A stretch of 64,000 nucleotides of DNA from Cercozoa sp. M6MM (lineage: Eukaryota; Protista; Endomyxa: Ascetosporea): the NCBI GenBank assembly GCA_040357565.1, contig JBDODJ010000014.1; one strand, written 5' to 3'. A program made the translations under genes and the position numbers. Below the pieces are notes generated by a model, which was not told the DNA's origin, made no database searches, and saw only the letters and a list, made by a program, of their open reading frames with translations. This document shows, in pieces, positions 63,063 through 64,000 of this stretch (its first letter is position 1; every line of letters begins with the position of its first letter).

Positions 63063-63683
63063 TGTATCCATTTAGGGTGTGCCTAACGGTGAGTGGGCGC
63101 AAGCAGGCGTCGTGCTGACCCGACTGAGCAAGGCGTCCAATGCCTACCGACAGGGGGTACTGCCAACAAATTCATATATATATATATATGTATATATAAA
63201 TATATATAGCTATACTGGTGAATTTTGTGCTCAGAAAGTGAAAGAAGGCGACGTGCTGCTGCAGGTGGACGGACACACTGTCAGCAACGCCGGCATGGTG
63301 ACACTCGAGGTGTGTTTCGACCGCTTTGTCCCTTGAGGGGGTTAGGTACACGGTGTGTTTCAGGGAGTGGAGAACCCGGTGTTTGTGAGAATTCTCACTG
63401 CTCTCAAGTACCTTCTTTCTCACTGGAATAAACTGGACCTGGACTGGACTGGACTGGACTAAATCTGGACCAAACACGTGTGTAGAAAGCCGGGCGATCT
63501 GATGAAGTTCAAACTCTGGCGTCCGTCCGAGCAACGCATTGTGGATGTGCGTGTTTACCCCCCCCCTTCACTCCACCGCTTACCCCTGTCTGTAGGTCGA
63601 ACTGGAGGCCGAGCGTGTCAATCAGTTCGCGCTAAACTACGAGTACTCTATTCTGTCAACACATACTCCGCCTTCCCCACTGT

Positions 63684-63750
<67 letters not shown>

Positions 63751-63760
63751 NNNNNNNNNN

Positions 63761-63814
<54 letters not shown>

Positions 63815-64000
63815 TGTGTGTGTGTGTGGACTAGTACGCTGTTGCTTTTGTAGACACGACCGACCGTCCAGTTGGGCTTGCATTGGCGGCTTTTTGTTCA
63901 CGCGTCTGTCGCTTCCCTTCGTCAGCTCTGTACTACTACGCTTATGCTCTCTTCCCCCCCTCTTTGGAGGAGAGTACTCGTGCTTTGTGCCTTGTAGAGA
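61324..64000 (+). CDS. Deg/HtrA trypsin-like serine protease with PDZ domain; probably mitochondrial; 3' end outside window
   Basis: Arg/Ala-rich presequence, SSGSA, LLTCAHVV (His), EIDLAL (Asp), VVGFPGGG, GVVSRV, IQVDAAVNGGNSGG (Ser) and PDZ-like VKEGDVLLQVDG. Confidence 0.9.
63690..63828. repeat. (GT)n intronic microsatellite with a 10-N gap
   Basis: Directly visible. Confidence 0.95.

Overview
Compact, very intron-dense eukaryotic DNA, most consistent with a protist; the taxon cannot be fixed from sequence alone. The ORF track is largely uninformative because exons are only about 50-150 nt, so I rebuilt genes by hand using GT-AG splicing and the standard code. About 17 protein-coding genes tile the window, in order: a chromodomain/TPKK/AT-hook/histone-deacetylase fusion (+, 5' end off-window), a histidine phosphatase (-), REX4 exonuclease (+), a 17-kb Piezo channel with about 100 introns (+), a C2H2 protein (+), NDP kinase (-), an OST3/OST6-type membrane protein (+), Sec20 (-), an ankyrin protein (-), an ATP6AP2-like protein (+), a Patched/NPC1-family protein (+), an orphan membrane protein (+), an exportin-7-like protein (+), a hypothetical protein (-), lunapark (+) and a Deg/HtrA protease (+, 3' end off-window). 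No rRNA, tRNA, CRISPR or transposase was recognised. Best candidates for new biology: (1) a Piezo channel with in-frame ankyrin repeats and a PAS domain in cytoplasmic loops, and apparently one extra 4-TM unit; (2) a single-chain chromodomain + AT-hook + HDAC; (3) splice donors dominated by GTAC/GTRC with almost no GTRAGT, and introns built from a few short motif families; (4) a G-U-rich hairpin beside a cryptic acceptor in the first NDPK intron. All gene models are manual, and internal boundaries are approximate.
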